Positions 60,944 to 64,000 of a stretch of DNA of 64,000 bases are shown here, one piece after another. This stretch comes from Gracilinanus agilis. Its lineage: Eukaryota. The position numbers and the translations under genes are program-made. Every line of letters begins with the position of its first letter. The first letter of the stretch is position 1. The notes beneath the pieces are model-generated. The model was not told the DNA's origin and made no database searches. It was given only the letters and a program-made list of their open reading frames with translations. The DNA is taken from the NCBI RefSeq assembly GCF_016433145.1, contig NC_058133.1:358659760-358723759 (forward strand). Direction: 5' to 3'.

Positions 60944-62159
60944 GCTAGAGATGTTGGCCTGCCATGGAATGAGATGGTGTGATTTGGGAGCCTCACCACC
61001 CTCAGCTTTCCAGTGGTGTAGTCCAACTTGAGAACCATTTATATCATCCTCCAGCCTGCCTCTCTGCTTCTTGGACACACATTTAAAGATTGAGACTCAG
61101 GGACATAGATACCTGCAAAAAAAAAAATCAGAAAAGCAACATAAAATTTTTGTCATAAAAGGATAAGAGAAATGGTTGGTAAGCTTGTCAAAGTGTGGAT
61201 TGAGCTACTCCCACTGATGCAGATGGACAACTTGACCACCATTTTATCTTCTCCAAGAGTTGCCTGGGGCACCCACCAAGAAATGAGTGGCCATGGTCAA
61301 TGGTATGATCTGAACTTAGGTCTTACTGACTATAAGACCAAGACTTGCACTGCTTCTCATAGGTAGATTTTTTTTTCTAAGTAGATTTATGTTAATATAT
61401 TTGTGATTGTTAAGTGGTGTTTTTTATTGTTGTTGTTGTTTTTTAACACTTTGGTGTTGCCTCTTTGGAGGGATCCTGGTGGATTGAAACAATATGCGCC
61501 TAATCCCTCTCTCTGTGATGCCCAGAAAAATGCTGAATGATCCCTCTCTGATCAACCTATGTTCACTCATTTTATTTTAAAATAGGATTACCTTCTGCTC
61601 TTCTAGCATTCAATTCCATTCAACTGAGGCTGGTGGGTAATAGGGATAGACATTTTGTAGGCCAATGATGTTTGTGACCTGACGTTTGGGAACTCACATG
61701 AAAAGGGCCATTTTCTTCTTCTTGGAATGTTCCAAGACACTTCCTTCAGGATGGAAAGGGTGCAACTCCTGGTGGAGACGGTGTCTCTGGTTCACTGATA
61801 AAGAAGACTCGTGCCCAGACTGGGTGAATGGCACCGTGCTTGATATTTTGTTTGAGGGGGAAAGTCTATTTTACCCTGTGAGGCTCTTGTCTGAATATTT
61901 GCTTCCAAGTTTTGGGTTCCCATGGAATATAATTAGAATTTATGTTCACTTTAAAACTCAGAGAAGAACTTCCATGTGCCATATTTCATTTGGTTCTTAC
62001 AACAGCTCTGTGAGATAGCTCCTATGATTGACTGCAGTTTACAAGTGTCACAACCAAGATTCAGAGGTAAAGTGACTTATCAAGAGTCACCGAATTAATA
62101 ATTGTCCTCTTTGGCTAGGATTCCTTCATATTATCTATGATGACATCTTTATTCATCCT

Positions 62160-62395
62160 TGTTTTGGAGTTATTTTTAGTCATGATCTACCCTTTGTGAA
62201 TCCATTTGGGGTTTTCTTGGCAGAGATCCTAGAGTGGTTTGCCATTTCCTTCTCCAGCTCATTTGACAGATGAAGAAACTGAGGCAAACAGAGTCAAGTG
62301 ACTTGCACAGGGTCATACAGCTAATACGTGTCCGAGGCTGGATTTAAACTCAAGAACATGTGTCTTCTGGCTCCGGGCCTCCTAGTTGCCCCTCC
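62160..62395 (-). mobile_element. Mar1 CORE-SINE
   Basis: ccatttggggttttcttggcagagatcctagagtggtttgccatttccttctccagctc. Confidence 0.88.
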
Positions 62396-62964
62396 ATTTC
62401 TGTTCTGTGACTCTGTGATTTGGTCCCCGTCAGACTCTTCCCTGAGAGGCAGAAGGATCAGTCCTACATCTTAATCTTTCAGCCTTCATTTTTCTAAAGC
62501 TTATAGAGAAAATAGTTTTAACTAATAGAGTCTATACACATCTGGGCTATATATTTTGTTAATGTAATTAATCCTCTGCCCATCTGTCAGGTGGTGGTTT
62601 CATTAAGGAGTAAATAATCTGAGCTATAGACTCTGTGGAATAGGAAGGAAGGAAATATTCAGGTCAGTAGCTATGGATTCATCAATGGGAATTAACAGGG
62701 AAGACCTTTCTTCCTTTTAGACGCTCTGCCACGTGGATGTTTCCTACTCTCGGAGCAGGTAATCTGTCGGTCGCCTAGAAAGATGAGCCTTTAGAAAATA
62801 AAAACAAAATAATTTTTTGAAGCATGGCCATTTCGCTATTTTTACATTAGCAGGAGTTTCCTGAGAAATGAGAACTCCTCTGTGTGCGCTGGAGTCCACA
62901 GAATGCCACCAACATTCTAATAGTCGTCTGAAGAGCAGACTGGGTAGCCAAGCAGAAAAGGACA

Positions 62965-63168
62965 ATGATTTTCCATGGCTCTTTATTTCTAACCCACTTA
63001 TCTGCTGTCTTAGCATCAATTCTAAGGAAGAAGAGCCATCAGGGCTAGGCAATGGGGGGTTAAGTGACTTGCCCAGGGCCACACAGCTAGGAAGTGTCTG
63101 AGGTCAGGTTTGAGCCCAGGACCTGCCATCTTTAGGCCTGGGGCTCTATCCACTGAGCTACCCAAGCT
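62965..63168 (-). mobile_element. SINE1_Mdo-type
   Basis: aacccacttatc...gggctaggcaatggggggttaagtgacttgcccaggg...ctgagctaccc. Confidence 0.85.
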
Positions 63169-63235
63169 GTATCACCTGCCACTGCCCTCCCCCCCCACCT
63201 CCCATCTTAGTGCCTTCTATCAAACTATCCCAGAT

Positions 63236-63417
63236 TTATCCTAGATATAGATCTATATCTATAGATAGATACCTTGTTTGATCTAGATAGATAGACAGAT
63301 GGACAGACAGATATATAGAAGGGGAGGGAGACAGACAGACAGACAGACAGATAGATAGACAGACCAACAGACCAACAGACATGTAGATAGACAGACAGAT
63401 AGCTAGACAAACAGACA
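63236..63417 (+). repeat. (GATA/GACA)n microsatellite abutting the gap
   Basis: Direct reading; includes 20-bp palindrome tagatatagatctatatcta 63242-63261. Confidence 0.92.
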
Positions 63418-63699
63418 NNNNNNNNNNNNNNNNNNNNNNNNNNNNNNNNNNNNNNNNNNNNNNNNNNNNNNNNNNNNNNNNNNNNNNNNNNNNNNNNNNN
63501 NNNNNNNNNNNNNNNNNNNNNNNNNNNNNNNNNNNNNNNNNNNNNNNNNNNNNNNNNNNNNNNNNNNNNNNNNNNNNNNNNNNNNNNNNNNNNNNNNNNN
63601 NNNNNNNNNNNNNNNNNNNNNNNNNNNNNNNNNNNNNNNNNNNNNNNNNNNNNNNNNNNNNNNNNNNNNNNNNNNNNNNNNNNNNNNNNNNNNNNNNNN
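63418..63699. other. Assembly gap (282 N)
   Basis: Run of N. Confidence 1.
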
Positions 63700-63799
63700 G
63701 AATGCTCTCTTTCTCTTTGGACCTGGAGCTCCTTGAGACCAGGGACCATTTTTTGCATTTTCCTATATTCCCATAACTTAGCTCAGTGCCTGGCACATT

Positions 63800-64000
63800 T
63801 GTTGTTAAGTCATTTCAGTTGTGTTGGACTCTTCATGACCCCATTTGGGGTTTTCTTGGCAAAAGATACTGAAGTGGTTTATGACTTCCTTTTCAAGTTC
63901 ATTTTACAAATGAGGAAACGGAGGCAAACTGGGTAAAGTGACTTGCCCAGGGTCACACAACTAATCAGTGTCTAAGGTCAAATTTGAACTCGGGTCTTCT
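63800..64000 (-). mobile_element. Mar1 CORE-SINE (runs off the window end)
   Basis: ttgttgttaagtcatttcagttgtgttggactcttcatgaccccatttggggttttcttggcaaaagatac. Confidence 0.9.

Noticed and set aside
1-64000. Naming the host gene, or CRISPR/rRNA/prokaryotic systems
   Set aside because: No exon matched a protein or mRNA I can recognise with confidence, so no gene symbol is given. The sequence is clearly mammalian and has no regularly spaced repeat arrays or rRNA.

Overview
Marsupial genomic DNA, most likely a didelphid such as Monodelphis domestica, judged from Mar1 and SINE1_Mdo-type CORE-SINEs and opossum-type L1 3' ends. I could not recognise any protein-coding gene. Almost all ORFs in the track are chance frames, microsatellite translations or decayed LINE fragments (L1, L2, CR1/L3, RTE, BovB). 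The window reads as repeat-rich intronic or lncRNA-type sequence, with two assembly gaps flanked by GATA/GACA repeats. The non-repeat islands contain a CpG-enriched, TATA-containing promoter candidate at about 26.6-27.3 kb, several small plus-strand candidate exons with good splice signals, and candidate enhancers (AP-1/ARE, CRE). The most notable structures are a perfect 29-bp-stem inverted repeat (40388-40448), a hAT1-like MITE, a BovB 3' remnant alongside its partner Mar1 SINEs, a Tigger-like element with a nested L1, a diverged local inverted duplication, and a miR-29a-like 17-mer. Repeat family names and most repeat boundaries were assigned by eye from remembered consensus sequences and need RepeatMasker/Dfam confirmation.
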